Of a stretch of DNA of 64,000 nucleotides, positions 36,819 to 46,212 are shown piece by piece; position 1 is the stretch's first letter, and every line of letters begins with the position of its first letter. This DNA comes from an uncultured Clostridia bacterium (lineage in GTDB: Bacteria; Bacillota; Clostridia; Oscillospirales; Acutalibacteraceae): positions 2,208 through 66,207 of the forward strand of contig CAMVQZ010000002.1 in the NCBI GenBank assembly GCA_947169745.1, given 5' to 3'. The notes beneath the pieces were generated by a model. That model had not been told where the DNA came from. It saw only the letters and a list, made by a program, of their open reading frames with translations, and made no database searches. The position numbers were made by a program, and so were the translations under genes.

Positions 36819-39167
36819 ATGGATAAAAATTTAAAAGCTATAGAATTTGATAAAATACTTGAAAAATTAGCAGACAAGACCTCCTTTGCAGATGCAAGGG
36901 AGCTTGCTCTTTCGCTCAGACCTGAAAACGATCTGTCAGCTGCTCAGGAGCTTATTGATGAGACCTCTGACGCTCATATGCTTTCGGGACGTTTCGGAGC
37001 TCCCACCTTTGGCAGTATCCACAATATATCCGGCGCTCTCAGGAGGGCTCAGGCAGGAGCTGTACTCACCACCCTGGAGCTTCTCAGGATAGCTTCTCTG
37101 CTGAGGTCAATAAGAACGGTATCCGACTGGAGAAACAGATCCTCCTCCGTCGAAACATCTCTCGACAACCGTTTTGACTGTCTCAGCCCGAATAAATATC
37201 TGGAAGAAAAAATAAGCTCCTCCATTCTGGATGAGGACGAGATAGCTGACAATGCATCACCGGGACTGGCTGCGATCAGAAAAAAACTTGCCGCAGCATC
37301 TGCAAAGGTCAGAGAAAGACTGGACAAGATAATCCGGTCAGTCTCTATGCAGAAATATCTTCAGGACAGCATCGTGACTATGAGGAGCGGAAGATTTGTT
37401 ATTCCCGTCAAGGCTGAATTCCGGGCAAACGTACCCGGACTTGTTCATGATACCTCCTCCAGCGGGTCCACTGTTTTTATAGAACCTATGAGCGTTGTTG
37501 AGGCAAATAATGACATCCGAGTCCTGAAATCAAAGGAACAGGCAGAGATCGAAAGGATCCTTGCAGAATTTTCGGCTGAAGCCGGAGCCTATGCTGACAG
37601 TATATGCGAAAGCTACAGGATACTTACTGAACTGAATGTTATATTCGCAAAGGCTGATCTGGCATATGCAATGAAGGCTTCTACCCCTCAGCTCAATAAC
37701 AAGGGTATTATTGATCTGAAAAAAGCAAGGCACCCTCTGATACCTCAGGACAAGGTCGTACCGACAGATATTTCACTCGGCGAAAAATACGACACTCTTG
37801 TAGTTACCGGTCCAAATACCGGAGGCAAGACAGTTTCTCTGAAAACCGTAGGGCTACTCACTGCGATGGCTATGAGCGGTATGATGATACCCGCAGGCGA
37901 CAACAGCGTCTTATCCGTATTTGATATGATACTTGCTGATATAGGCGATGAACAGAGCATCGAGCAGTCTCTTTCCACGTTTTCCGCACATATGACAAAC
38001 ATTGTAAAAATAATAGGCTGCGCAAATGAAAAAAGCCTTGTTATTATTGATGAATTAGGCTCGGGAACAGATCCGGTGGAGGGCGCGGCTCTTGCTACAG
38101 CTATCCTGGAAAAGCTTCGCTCCCAGGGAGCAAAAATTGTTTCTACTACTCATTATCCGGAACTGAAAAGCTATGCTCTGGATACGGAGGGAGTTGAAAA
38201 CGGCTGCTGTGAATTTGATGTGACTACCCTGAGACCTACCTACCGTCTGCTTATAGGTATGCCGGGAAGATCAAATGCCTTTGCAATTTCCGAAAGACTG
38301 GGTATCTCACCCGATATTGTAGAAAGAGCAAAGCAGCTCGTTTCCGATGAGGATACAAAATTTGAAAAAATAGTCAGCAAGCTGGAAAAAAACCGCAGTC
38401 AGCTTGAGGGCGAGATCAACGAGGCAAGACGCATCCGTGCAGAGGCTGAGGCAGAGCTGGAAAGGGCAAAACAAACAGCAGAAAAAGCCGAGGCCGACAG
38501 AAAGAAAGAGCTGCAGCAGGCTAAGGATCAGGCGGACAATATCATTTCAAAGGCCAGGGCTCAGGCATGGGGCGTTCTGGATGAAATAGAAGAGATCAGA
38601 AAGAAAAAGGAGATCAGTCCGGAGGAGAAAGCTAAGCTCAGGGCTGATATCCGCAATATGGAAAATTCCGCAGATCCTGTGGAGAACCGCAGCAACGAGG
38701 AATATGTTCTCCCCCGTCCCCTGCAAAAGGGCGACAGAGTACTGATATTCAGTATTGAAAAGGAAGGCAATGTCATTGACGCCGGCAAGGACAGCGTTCT
38801 TGTACAATCAGGTCTGATTAAAACAAGGGTTCCTGTTTCCGATATCAGGCTGCTGGATCAGAAAAAACCTAAGCAGCCCAAAAGATCTGCCACAAGAACT
38901 GTAAGACAAAATGTCAGCAAAAATGCATCTACCGAAGTGGATGTGAGAGGACAGAATGCTATCGACGCGATAATGGATGTTGACAGGGCAATAGATGCCG
39001 CGCTTATGCAGGGGCTTCATATCCTGACAATAATCCACGGAAAGGGTACCGGTGTTCTCCGCAGAGAAATACAAAACCACCTTAAAACCCATCCATCTAT
39101 CAGATCTTTCCGTCTGGGCACCTTCGGAGAAGGTGACGCCGGCGTCACAGTTGCTGAGCTTAAATAA
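36819..39167 (+). CDS. mutS2: Endonuclease MutS2 (MutS-family ATPase with a C-terminal Smr domain)
   Basis: Walker A VVTGPNTGGKT, Walker B IIDELGSGTDP, a long coiled coil, and the Smr motif VDVRGQNAIDA...IIHGKGTGVLR. Confidence 0.95.
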   Translation: MDKNLKAIEFDKILEKLADKTSFADARELALSLRPENDLSAAQELIDETSDAHMLSGRFGAPTFGSIHNISGALRRAQAGAVLTTLELLRIASLLRSIRTVSDWRNRSSSVETSLDNRFDCLSPNKYLEEKISSSILDEDEIADNASPGLAAIRKKLAAASAKVRERLDKIIRSVSMQKYLQDSIVTMRSGRFVIPVKAEFRANVPGLVHDTSSSGSTVFIEPMSVVEANNDIRVLKSKEQAEIERILAEFSAEAGAYADSICESYRILTELNVIFAKADLAYAMKASTPQLNNKGIIDLKKARHPLIPQDKVVPTDISLGEKYDTLVVTGPNTGGKTVSLKTVGLLTAMAMSGMMIPAGDNSVLSVFDMILADIGDEQSIEQSLSTFSAHMTNIVKIIGCANEKSLVIIDELGSGTDPVEGAALATAILEKLRSQGAKIVSTTHYPELKSYALDTEGVENGCCEFDVTTLRPTYRLLIGMPGRSNAFAISERLGISPDIVERAKQLVSDEDTKFEKIVSKLEKNRSQLEGEINEARRIRAEAEAELERAKQTAEKAEADRKKELQQAKDQADNIISKARAQAWGVLDEIEEIRKKKEISPEEKAKLRADIRNMENSADPVENRSNEEYVLPRPLQKGDRVLIFSIEKEGNVIDAGKDSVLVQSGLIKTRVPVSDIRLLDQKKPKQPKRSATRTVRQNVSKNASTEVDVRGQNAIDAIMDVDRAIDAALMQGLHILTIIHGKGTGVLRREIQNHLKTHPSIRSFRLGTFGEGDAGVTVAELK

Positions 39168-39185
39168 CAAATACGGAGTGATGAT

Positions 39186-39914
39186 ATGCTGAAAAGAAGA
39201 TCCCGGCGTCTCCGGATCCTTCTTATCTCTCTTTCCTGCATCCTCGCCGTTGTTATCTGCTTCTCCTGCATTTGCATTGCTCTTGCATCAGACGATATAT
39301 ATGAGGGCAGATACACAATGACCCGGACTGACGATTCCCTGCTCAGGACCGTTCTCAAGGGCTCGCTCCGAGGACAGGAATTCACAGTTACCGAGGATCA
39401 GTTCAACAGCTATGTCAATGCACATTTCTGTAATTATTCTCCTGAAAAAGGGAGCGGACTTGAAAAGATACGTTTTTATTTTCACAAGAATGAGCCGGTA
39501 GAGATATTTGCCAGGATACATATCCGGGGCAAAAGCTTTGGGATAAGATGTAATGCAGATATCGGATTTGACCCGGATACTCACATTTTTACAGTTACTG
39601 TAAGGGATCAGTATATCGGGCGGCTGCACCTGCACAGTCTTACAATAAAACAAATTATGAAAAAACTTTTTGAAAGCACAGATAAGATCACCGCATCGGA
39701 AAATAATGCTGTAGCTAAAGCGGAATTTTCCTATGACATTGCATCCACCAGCTTCCGGCTTTATCTTACAAAGCTTTCTACAGGAAACGGATGCCTGATC
39801 TGTCGTTCAAACAGTCTTACAGGCGAAGCTCTCAAGGTCGCTGTCAGCTATCTTACCTCTGAAAAGGGACAGCGGCTGATCTCAGATATATGGGACAATA
39901 TCAGAAACAAATAA
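39186..39914 (+). CDS. Hypothetical membrane-anchored protein
   Basis: N-terminal basic stretch plus a TM segment (RRSRRLRILLISLSCILAVVICFSCICIAL). I recognise no catalytic motif. Confidence 0.5.
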   Translation: MLKRRSRRLRILLISLSCILAVVICFSCICIALASDDIYEGRYTMTRTDDSLLRTVLKGSLRGQEFTVTEDQFNSYVNAHFCNYSPEKGSGLEKIRFYFHKNEPVEIFARIHIRGKSFGIRCNADIGFDPDTHIFTVTVRDQYIGRLHLHSLTIKQIMKKLFESTDKITASENNAVAKAEFSYDIASTSFRLYLTKLSTGNGCLICRSNSLTGEALKVAVSYLTSEKGQRLISDIWDNIRNK

Positions 39915-39926
39915 TAAAAAATGGTC

Positions 39927-40100
39927 TTTCGCAATAAGAAATAATAACTGACAAAAGCCGATGAATTTTTGGATTCACCGGCTTTCTCTATTTCTCCGTT
40001 TTCCGTCCAGGATTTTCCGCTCTTCGGAGCACGACCAGGGGCTCTGCTCCATGGATCCCGCAGACTTTAAAAAGGCTGGCGAAACTTTTATATTTCGACA
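39927..40100. repeat. Intergenic repeat family 2, copy 2
   Basis: See 11247-11479: same module order and same placement directly after a plus-strand stop codon. Confidence 0.75.
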
Positions 40101-40121
40101 GCCCCTTGGTTTTTTCAGATA

Positions 40122-40928
40122 TTATTTTTTCTTCTTTTTGGTCTTTGGCTGCACATTCTTTTTTCTGCGGGCCCTGACCTTTGATTTCGATTTGTTTTTG
40201 CTTTTCTTTTTACGTCTTGAATTGCTGACTAATTCGGCAGGAATGCCCTCCTTCAGCTCTTTTCTGTGACGGTGCATAATCATGAGAAACAGTATTGCAG
40301 ATCTTATTCCTACAAGGGAAGCAATTCCGCCCAGTATAAGAAATAGCAGACCCAGTGCCGATGAATGCTCAAGATACAGCAGAATCACACCCATACCCAG
40401 GACAGGCAAACCTGAGCCCAGAGGTATTACCACAGAGGAGGCTTTATACTTCAGCTTTCCTTCAGTGGTTCTTTCCTCATCCTCGGCGATCTCCTCCGGC
40501 GTCTTTGCGTTTCGCTTTCTGACATTAGCCAGCATATAGATGCCTATGATAAGAAACGGAAGAGATGCCAGAACAATAAGCCAGCCACCGTAGGTCATTG
40601 TTTTGGAGCGTATATCTGTTGGGTTTGATGCGCTGTAATATATTGAGATCTGATCGCCCTTCTTCCACTGAGCTTCATACTGGCCCAGTTCAATATTTCT
40701 GTATTCCCTGCCCTCGGCATTATATGCTACAATGGTCACCATCCTGCCTGAGGATCTGTCGTCTCCGTCACTGATTGTCTTGAAGTCTGTAATAGTAGCC
40801 GTGGTTTCGGCACTGTCCTTCGGTGGACGCTGGTCAACAATTGCTGCCGTTCCTATTACAATAAGGATTATTCCCACAATGACAAGAAGCAGTCTGCCGA
40901 ATTTTCCCAAATTTGAAACCGGTTCCAT
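40122..40928 (-). CDS. DUF3592-like membrane protein with extra TM segments and a poly-Lys tail
   Basis: A TM segment, a beta-rich segment (ATITDF...VTIVAYNAEGREYRNIEL...GDQISIYYSASNP), another TM segment, further TM segments, and a C-terminal KKKSKNKSKSK...KKKKK tail. Confidence 0.6.
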   Translation of the reverse strand: MEPVSNLGKFGRLLLVIVGIILIVIGTAAIVDQRPPKDSAETTATITDFKTISDGDDRSSGRMVTIVAYNAEGREYRNIELGQYEAQWKKGDQISIYYSASNPTDIRSKTMTYGGWLIVLASLPFLIIGIYMLANVRKRNAKTPEEIAEDEERTTEGKLKYKASSVVIPLGSGLPVLGMGVILLYLEHSSALGLLFLILGGIASLVGIRSAILFLMIMHRHRKELKEGIPAELVSNSRRKKKSKNKSKSKVRARRKKNVQPKTKKKKK

Positions 40929-40932
40929 TATC

Positions 40933-42171
40933 TCACTCCTTTTTGCCTCCGCCGGTATCTGTTACAAGAGTCTGTAACAGATCATTATAGTAAGTATTAT
41001 ACTTCACACCCGAAGCATATTCCTTTTTGAAATAGTCAGCAATGATGGAATTAACCTTTGACTTGACTATCTTATAATCCTCAAAGCTCTCGAATTTCAC
41101 ACTGAGGTTTTCCTTATTCCCGTCCTTATAATGCTTATCCAGAATTTCCTTATAGGTCTTTTCCCCGTCCTGATCCTTTTTTATATATGTTCCTGAGGAT
41201 ATGTGATAATTTGCCTTTGTGCTCTTACACTCCGGCACACCCAGCTTTTTATAAAGATCTCTTACAGTCCTTACGCCCAGAGCTTCCTTATCGGTAATAT
41301 TGTAAGAGCCATAGCAGGCTGCCTTTTTCCCCAGACCGCTGTGTTCCATATTATCCGTGGTGATATCCACATTATAGTACTCACCATCTATTTTTACTAT
41401 ATTCCATGAATGCTCGGTATATTTCGCAGAGGAATTCCATGTCTGGGTTCCGGAAACGGTCATACACTCGATGCCGGACTTTCTCAGCAGCATCATAAAC
41501 GCCTTTGAGATACCCTCACATCTTCCTTCCTTTCCCACCAATACTCCGTAAACATTGGCAGAATCATTCGTGCTTTCGGTATATACACAATCTCCCAGGA
41601 TAAGGTCATAGAAATATTTTTCCTTTTCAATATCACTCTTTTCCCGGACTTCCTTTGTTTTCTGGTGTACAATGCTGTTGACCTCTTTTATTGCGGATTT
41701 ATACTTCATAGAGGTCATTGTATATCCCAGATTTACCTGACTTACCTTTTTAAGATCTGTCCCCGTATATTCAGGATAGTAATCACCGGCAAGCTGTAGT
41801 ATTTCCGGGCAGTCGTAATTCATAAGAAACATAATGGTATCCAGGTCATCAGACGGAATAGGCTCATAGAATCTGACAGAGGTCTTGAAAAGCATAACAG
41901 CCTTATAGACCTCGCAGAAATAAAACTTCTGTTTTTCTGACAGCTTATTGACAAAATACTTTGTTTCAATATCCTTGACAACGCTGGTGTCCGGAGTATT
42001 ATTTCCGAAGGCATCCACCATATATTCTGAGGTCTCTACTGAGCTTTCAAAGACGCCTCCGGACGGGCTGGCCTCTCCGTTCTGATCCTCTGATGCACCG
42101 CAGGCGCAGGAAAGCACCGCAACCAGCATCGCTGATATGACCGCTATGATCTTTTTTGACAAGTGCTTCAT
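40933..42171 (-). CDS. Transglutaminase-like (papain-fold Cys-His-Asp) lipoprotein
   Basis: Lipobox LSCAC-G. Core motif GKEGRCEGISKAFMMLLRKSGIECMTVSG...HSWNIVKIDGEYYNVDIT. Confidence 0.7.
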   Translation of the reverse strand: MKHLSKKIIAVISAMLVAVLSCACGASEDQNGEASPSGGVFESSVETSEYMVDAFGNNTPDTSVVKDIETKYFVNKLSEKQKFYFCEVYKAVMLFKTSVRFYEPIPSDDLDTIMFLMNYDCPEILQLAGDYYPEYTGTDLKKVSQVNLGYTMTSMKYKSAIKEVNSIVHQKTKEVREKSDIEKEKYFYDLILGDCVYTESTNDSANVYGVLVGKEGRCEGISKAFMMLLRKSGIECMTVSGTQTWNSSAKYTEHSWNIVKIDGEYYNVDITTDNMEHSGLGKKAACYGSYNITDKEALGVRTVRDLYKKLGVPECKSTKANYHISSGTYIKKDQDGEKTYKEILDKHYKDGNKENLSVKFESFEDYKIVKSKVNSIIADYFKKEYASGVKYNTYYNDLLQTLVTDTGGGKKE

Positions 42172-42195
42172 CTGTTTACCTCCGGTCTGAATATA

Positions 42196-43374
42196 TCACT
42201 GGTCTCTCTTTGGTCTCTTTTTCCTTGGTTTCTTTACACTGATAAGGGGATTTTCTGAGCCGCTCTTGATAAGTCCCTGAAGTGAAGGATCAGCCTCATA
42301 CTGGGACGAATCCGTGCGGAAGGGATCGTCTGAGCCCTTTTTGATAAGCGCCTCAAGGGATGCATCTGCAACATAATCATCCGCTGATTTACTATATCCG
42401 CCGTCATTTCCTGATTTGATTATACTGCTGAGATCCACCGGCTCCGAAGGAGCTGCAGGCGCAGGCTCGGGCTCCGGCTCGGGCTGTGGTTCCGGTTCGG
42501 GCTGTGGTTCCGGTTCGGGTTCCGGATCCGGTTCGAGAGAAGCATATGAGGAGCCGACGCCAAAGCCAAAGTCTGATGATGAACTGAATGGCTTGGAAGA
42601 GACAAAGCTATCTGCTTTGTCCTCATTATCAAATGAAAAAACAGGATCATTGTTCTCCGGCTGGCCAAAGGTTGCTGCGCCGCCGTAGGGACTATTGTTG
42701 TCCTCCTGGGGCTGGCCAAAGGTTGCTGCGCCGCCGTAGGGACTATTGTTGTCCTCCTGGGGCTGTCCAAAGGTGGCTGCGCCGCCGTAGGGACTGTTAT
42801 TTTCCTCTGGTTTCTGTCCGAAGGTGGGGATAGGCTGGGTCATTCTCGGTCTCTCAGGCTCGGCTGGTCTGAGAGAGGTAAACTGGTTATTCGGTGAGGG
42901 TATATTTTTCTTCTGAGGAGTTTTCATTACAATAAAGCCTACGACTATGAGCATTATTCCGCCAATAGCCATCGCGCCGTATTTTACATAGACCTTCATC
43001 CGTTCCTCGTCAAGCTTTTCCTTGAAAGCAGGGATCTTTTGCAGCATCATATAGCGGCTGTCTGAGGGATCACTCTTATTTACATCTACCTCGATTGTAG
43101 CGCCTGTTTTTACATAAACAGCTGCAACATCATTTGCAGTACCGGTATAATGTGAACCATTATAATCATACTCATATGTAAGATCATATTTGATGCCTAC
43201 TCTGCTGATCTTATGCACATTCGTAATAGTAGCCTTTACTGTCTCGGAATTGTTAAGAAAATCATTTTCTTCGAGCTGAGCCATATATACAGGCAGGGCA
43301 ATAGCAAGACCTCTGATAATCATAATAGCGCCTATAATAAACAATACTATCGGTCCGGCAATATTCTTCTTCAT
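42196..43374 (-). CDS. DUF3592-like membrane protein with a long repetitive disordered tail
   Basis: A TM segment, then KATITNVHKISRVGIKYDLTYEYDYNGSHYTG...GATIEVDVNKSDPS, then a TM segment. The tail contains three NNSPYGGAATFGQPQED units and a PEPEPEPQ tract. Confidence 0.6.
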   Translation of the reverse strand: MKKNIAGPIVLFIIGAIMIIRGLAIALPVYMAQLEENDFLNNSETVKATITNVHKISRVGIKYDLTYEYDYNGSHYTGTANDVAAVYVKTGATIEVDVNKSDPSDSRYMMLQKIPAFKEKLDEERMKVYVKYGAMAIGGIMLIVVGFIVMKTPQKKNIPSPNNQFTSLRPAEPERPRMTQPIPTFGQKPEENNSPYGGAATFGQPQEDNNSPYGGAATFGQPQEDNNSPYGGAATFGQPENNDPVFSFDNEDKADSFVSSKPFSSSSDFGFGVGSSYASLEPDPEPEPEPQPEPEPQPEPEPEPAPAAPSEPVDLSSIIKSGNDGGYSKSADDYVADASLEALIKKGSDDPFRTDSSQYEADPSLQGLIKSGSENPLISVKKPRKKRPKRDQ

Positions 43375-43423
43375 AAAATAACATCTCCAATCAAAAATTC
43401 AGGTTAATTTTCTGATTATATCA

Positions 43424-44428
43424 TCAGTGCTTTTCGGCACCAAAAGAAGCGTCTCCATAAATACCGGTATCATTATTTCCGTAGGTCAGAGAATCTGTTC
43501 CGGGAGGAGCAGCGCCAAAGGAGGCGTCTCCGAAAATACTTGTACTGTTATTATCCTGCTGAGTATCCACCGGCTGAGCGTAATTCTCATAATTACCGGA
43601 ATTATAGGGATTTGAAGGATCACTGTTTATCTCTGAAATAAATGGATTATTCAGATCAGCCTGTTCACTGCCGTAGAACGGGACTGCAGGAGATATCTGC
43701 TCGTCCTCACTGTAAAATGAATTCGGGTCATAATAGTTTCCTTCAACCGGGTTTTCATTTGCTTCGTCACCGGAGCTGCCATAGGTCTGGAAGGGATCCG
43801 CATAACTGTCCATTACATTATTGCTGAAGGTGTCAGTGGCTCCATAATCACGGGAATTATCGCTGAGACCGTTATCGACTGCAGGATCTCCAAGAATACC
43901 GATATCCTCCGGCTTTTCATATCTGGGAGTATAGCCGTCCTTGTTTCTGACAATTATCACAACATTGAATCCGGCAACGATCAAGGCTATCACCGCAATT
44001 GTCCATAATACAGCATAGGTTACTTTATGGTCATTGTAAGCAGATGCGATGTGACAATCGTAGGGATTATCCGGATCATAAAGTATCTGAAATTCTGACC
44101 CCTGATCTATACTTTCAGCGCTGGGGTCAGTCTCGATTATAGTTGTCTTATATTCGGTCACATGATTCATTTCGGAAAGAGTAAAGGAGATATTCAGAAT
44201 ATAGCTTTTTTCCATCCCCGAAGGGGCGGAATTTGTTCTTTCCTCCATCGAATGACAGACAGCTGTGGTGCTTTTTGATTTCTTAAGAAATGCATCCTGC
44301 TCTGCGTTTGGTCTTTTTATTGTAAAAATTCCTATAAGACAAATCAGAATGACCAGCCCTGAAATAATAACAATAACGATCGGCGGAATATTGATCTTGT
44401 TTTTAATACTATATATCTTATCTTCCAT
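43424..44428 (-). CDS. DUF3592-like membrane protein with an acidic/aromatic disordered tail
   Basis: Same TM, beta-domain (GSEFQILYDPDNP), TM layout. The tail is rich in D/N/Y/G/S and contains a repeated IFGDASFGA / IYGDASFGA motif. Confidence 0.5.
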   Translation of the reverse strand: MEDKIYSIKNKINIPPIVIVIISGLVILICLIGIFTIKRPNAEQDAFLKKSKSTTAVCHSMEERTNSAPSGMEKSYILNISFTLSEMNHVTEYKTTIIETDPSAESIDQGSEFQILYDPDNPYDCHIASAYNDHKVTYAVLWTIAVIALIVAGFNVVIIVRNKDGYTPRYEKPEDIGILGDPAVDNGLSDNSRDYGATDTFSNNVMDSYADPFQTYGSSGDEANENPVEGNYYDPNSFYSEDEQISPAVPFYGSEQADLNNPFISEINSDPSNPYNSGNYENYAQPVDTQQDNNSTSIFGDASFGAAPPGTDSLTYGNNDTGIYGDASFGAEKH

Positions 44429-44631
44429 CTTGATTCATTACCTCAGCGTTTTTTTATATCTACACCTGTATATTATATCATAAAATTTCATCTGTGAAAA
44501 CAATTATTCAAAAATTATAAAGTTAATTGATGAACTTTGTATCCTTATTGCTGTCCTGCTCCTGAAAGGCTGCAGCGTTTTTCTCCGGGATCAGACCCGC
44601 AATTTATATAAATACTCTTTTCTTCATATCC

Positions 44632-44659
44632 AAAAAGGGACCCATCGCTGATGGATCCC
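44632..44659 (-). terminator. Rho-independent terminator after ftsZ
   Basis: On the minus strand GGGATCCAT-CAGCG-ATGGGTCCC (one mismatch) followed by TTTTT, about 10 nt after the ftsZ stop. Confidence 0.6.
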
Positions 44660-44665
44660 GTAAAA

Positions 44666-45979
44666 TTATTTATTGTTGAAAAGTGATATAATATCCATAT
44701 ATGACTCATCTGAATCTCCGCTGGGAGTCTGCTTCGGCTGAGGTGCCGGACGAGACGGCTGCTGAGGTGCAGATGTATTTGCATTGGGATATGTGGGGGT
44801 GTTTGCATTCGGGAAGGAAGGCGCAGACTGTGCGGGCTGAGCCGGTGCAGGAGCTGGCTTCGGCTGAGGTGCAAACGGATTGTAAGCCGGCTGCTGAGGC
44901 TTCTCTGCAGGTCTGGTAACGCCGCCGTAACGTGTGGGTTCTGGTCTCGGAGCTGTTGTTCCGTACTGGAAGGGGCTCATGGGCTTTCTCTCATCCTTCT
45001 TTGCAACAGGTGAGTAATTATCTGTTGTGGGGAAGCCTGTAGCAATAACGATAACACTGATGGAATCCTCCATCTCCTCGTCAAGAGCTGCGCCCCAGAT
45101 GATGATAGCGTTTTCATCTGCCTGCTCTGAGATCATTGTTGAAGCATCCTGGATCTCGTCAAGTCCGATATCCGGTGATGCCTTGATATTTACGATAAGT
45201 CCCTTTGCGCCCTGGATAGATGTGCCAAGAAGCGGACTTGAAATTGCATTCTGTGCTGCGATCTTTGCCTTGTCCTTACCGGAAGCCGCACCTACACCCA
45301 TAAGGGCATATCCTGCGTCCTTCATTACAGATGTTACATCCGCAAAGTCAAGGTTTACAAGACCGGGGATAACGATAAGATCAGTTATGCTCTGAACGCC
45401 CTGACGGAGAACATCGTCAGCTGCAAAGAAAGCATTCTGAAGAGTGATCTTCTCCTCGCTGATGTGCTTGAGTCTTTCATTAGGGATAACGATAAGTGAA
45501 TCAACGTGCTGCTTGAGCTTGGCAATACCCTGCTCAGCCTGCTCCATTCTGCGTTTTCCCTCGAAAAGGAAGGGGGTAGTCACGATACCTACAGTAAGGA
45601 TACCCATCTCCTTAGCTACCTCTGCAACTATTGGAGCCGCACCTGTACCTGTTCCGCCGCCCATACCTGCTGTGATAAATACCATATCAGTATCCTTGAG
45701 GACTTCTGCCAGCTGTTCCTTGCTTTCCTCAGCAGCCTTTTCACCCACCTCGGGCTTTGAACCTGCGCCCTTTCCGTGAGTGATCTTTTCGCCGATCTGC
45801 ATTTTGAGTGTTGCTTTTGAGCGGTTGAGAGCCTGCTGATCTGTATTGATAGAAATAAACTCAACGCCGGTAACATAATCTACCATGCGATCAATAGCGT
45901 TTCCGCCGCCTCCGCCGACACCTACAACCTTAATGTTTACTACGCTGTCATATTCAGCATTTTCAAATTCGTAAGGCAT
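44666..45979 (-). CDS. ftsZ: Cell division protein FtsZ with an extended P/Q/A-rich linker
   Basis: Tubulin signature [17 protein letters not shown], and the conserved C-terminal peptide DIISLFN. Confidence 0.97.
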   Translation of the reverse strand: MPYEFENAEYDSVVNIKVVGVGGGGGNAIDRMVDYVTGVEFISINTDQQALNRSKATLKMQIGEKITHGKGAGSKPEVGEKAAEESKEQLAEVLKDTDMVFITAGMGGGTGTGAAPIVAEVAKEMGILTVGIVTTPFLFEGKRRMEQAEQGIAKLKQHVDSLIVIPNERLKHISEEKITLQNAFFAADDVLRQGVQSITDLIVIPGLVNLDFADVTSVMKDAGYALMGVGAASGKDKAKIAAQNAISSPLLGTSIQGAKGLIVNIKASPDIGLDEIQDASTMISEQADENAIIIWGAALDEEMEDSISVIVIATGFPTTDNYSPVAKKDERKPMSPFQYGTTAPRPEPTRYGGVTRPAEKPQQPAYNPFAPQPKPAPAPAQPAQSAPSFPNANTPTYPNANTSAPQQPSRPAPQPKQTPSGDSDESYMDIISLFNNK

Positions 45980-46212
45980 TATTATACTCCCTTCAAAATA
46001 AACATCCCTGCGCGGATAATAATTCCGAATGCGCAGAATAAGACATTTAATTTAATAATTGAAATAAAACTAATAATAATTTACCACTTTTCTCTTCCGA
46101 TTTCAATATAGCACAAGAATTTCTACATATATTTAGTTATATTAAATATATTATATGTAATTAAATATCAAATATTTGTGCAATATATTGTCAGATGATA
46201 GTATCAGGAACT

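Noticed and set aside
39017-39385. 122-aa minus-strand ORF across the mutS2 end and the start of the next gene
   Set aside because: It is antisense to two co-directional, tightly spaced genes, with no RBS or motif.
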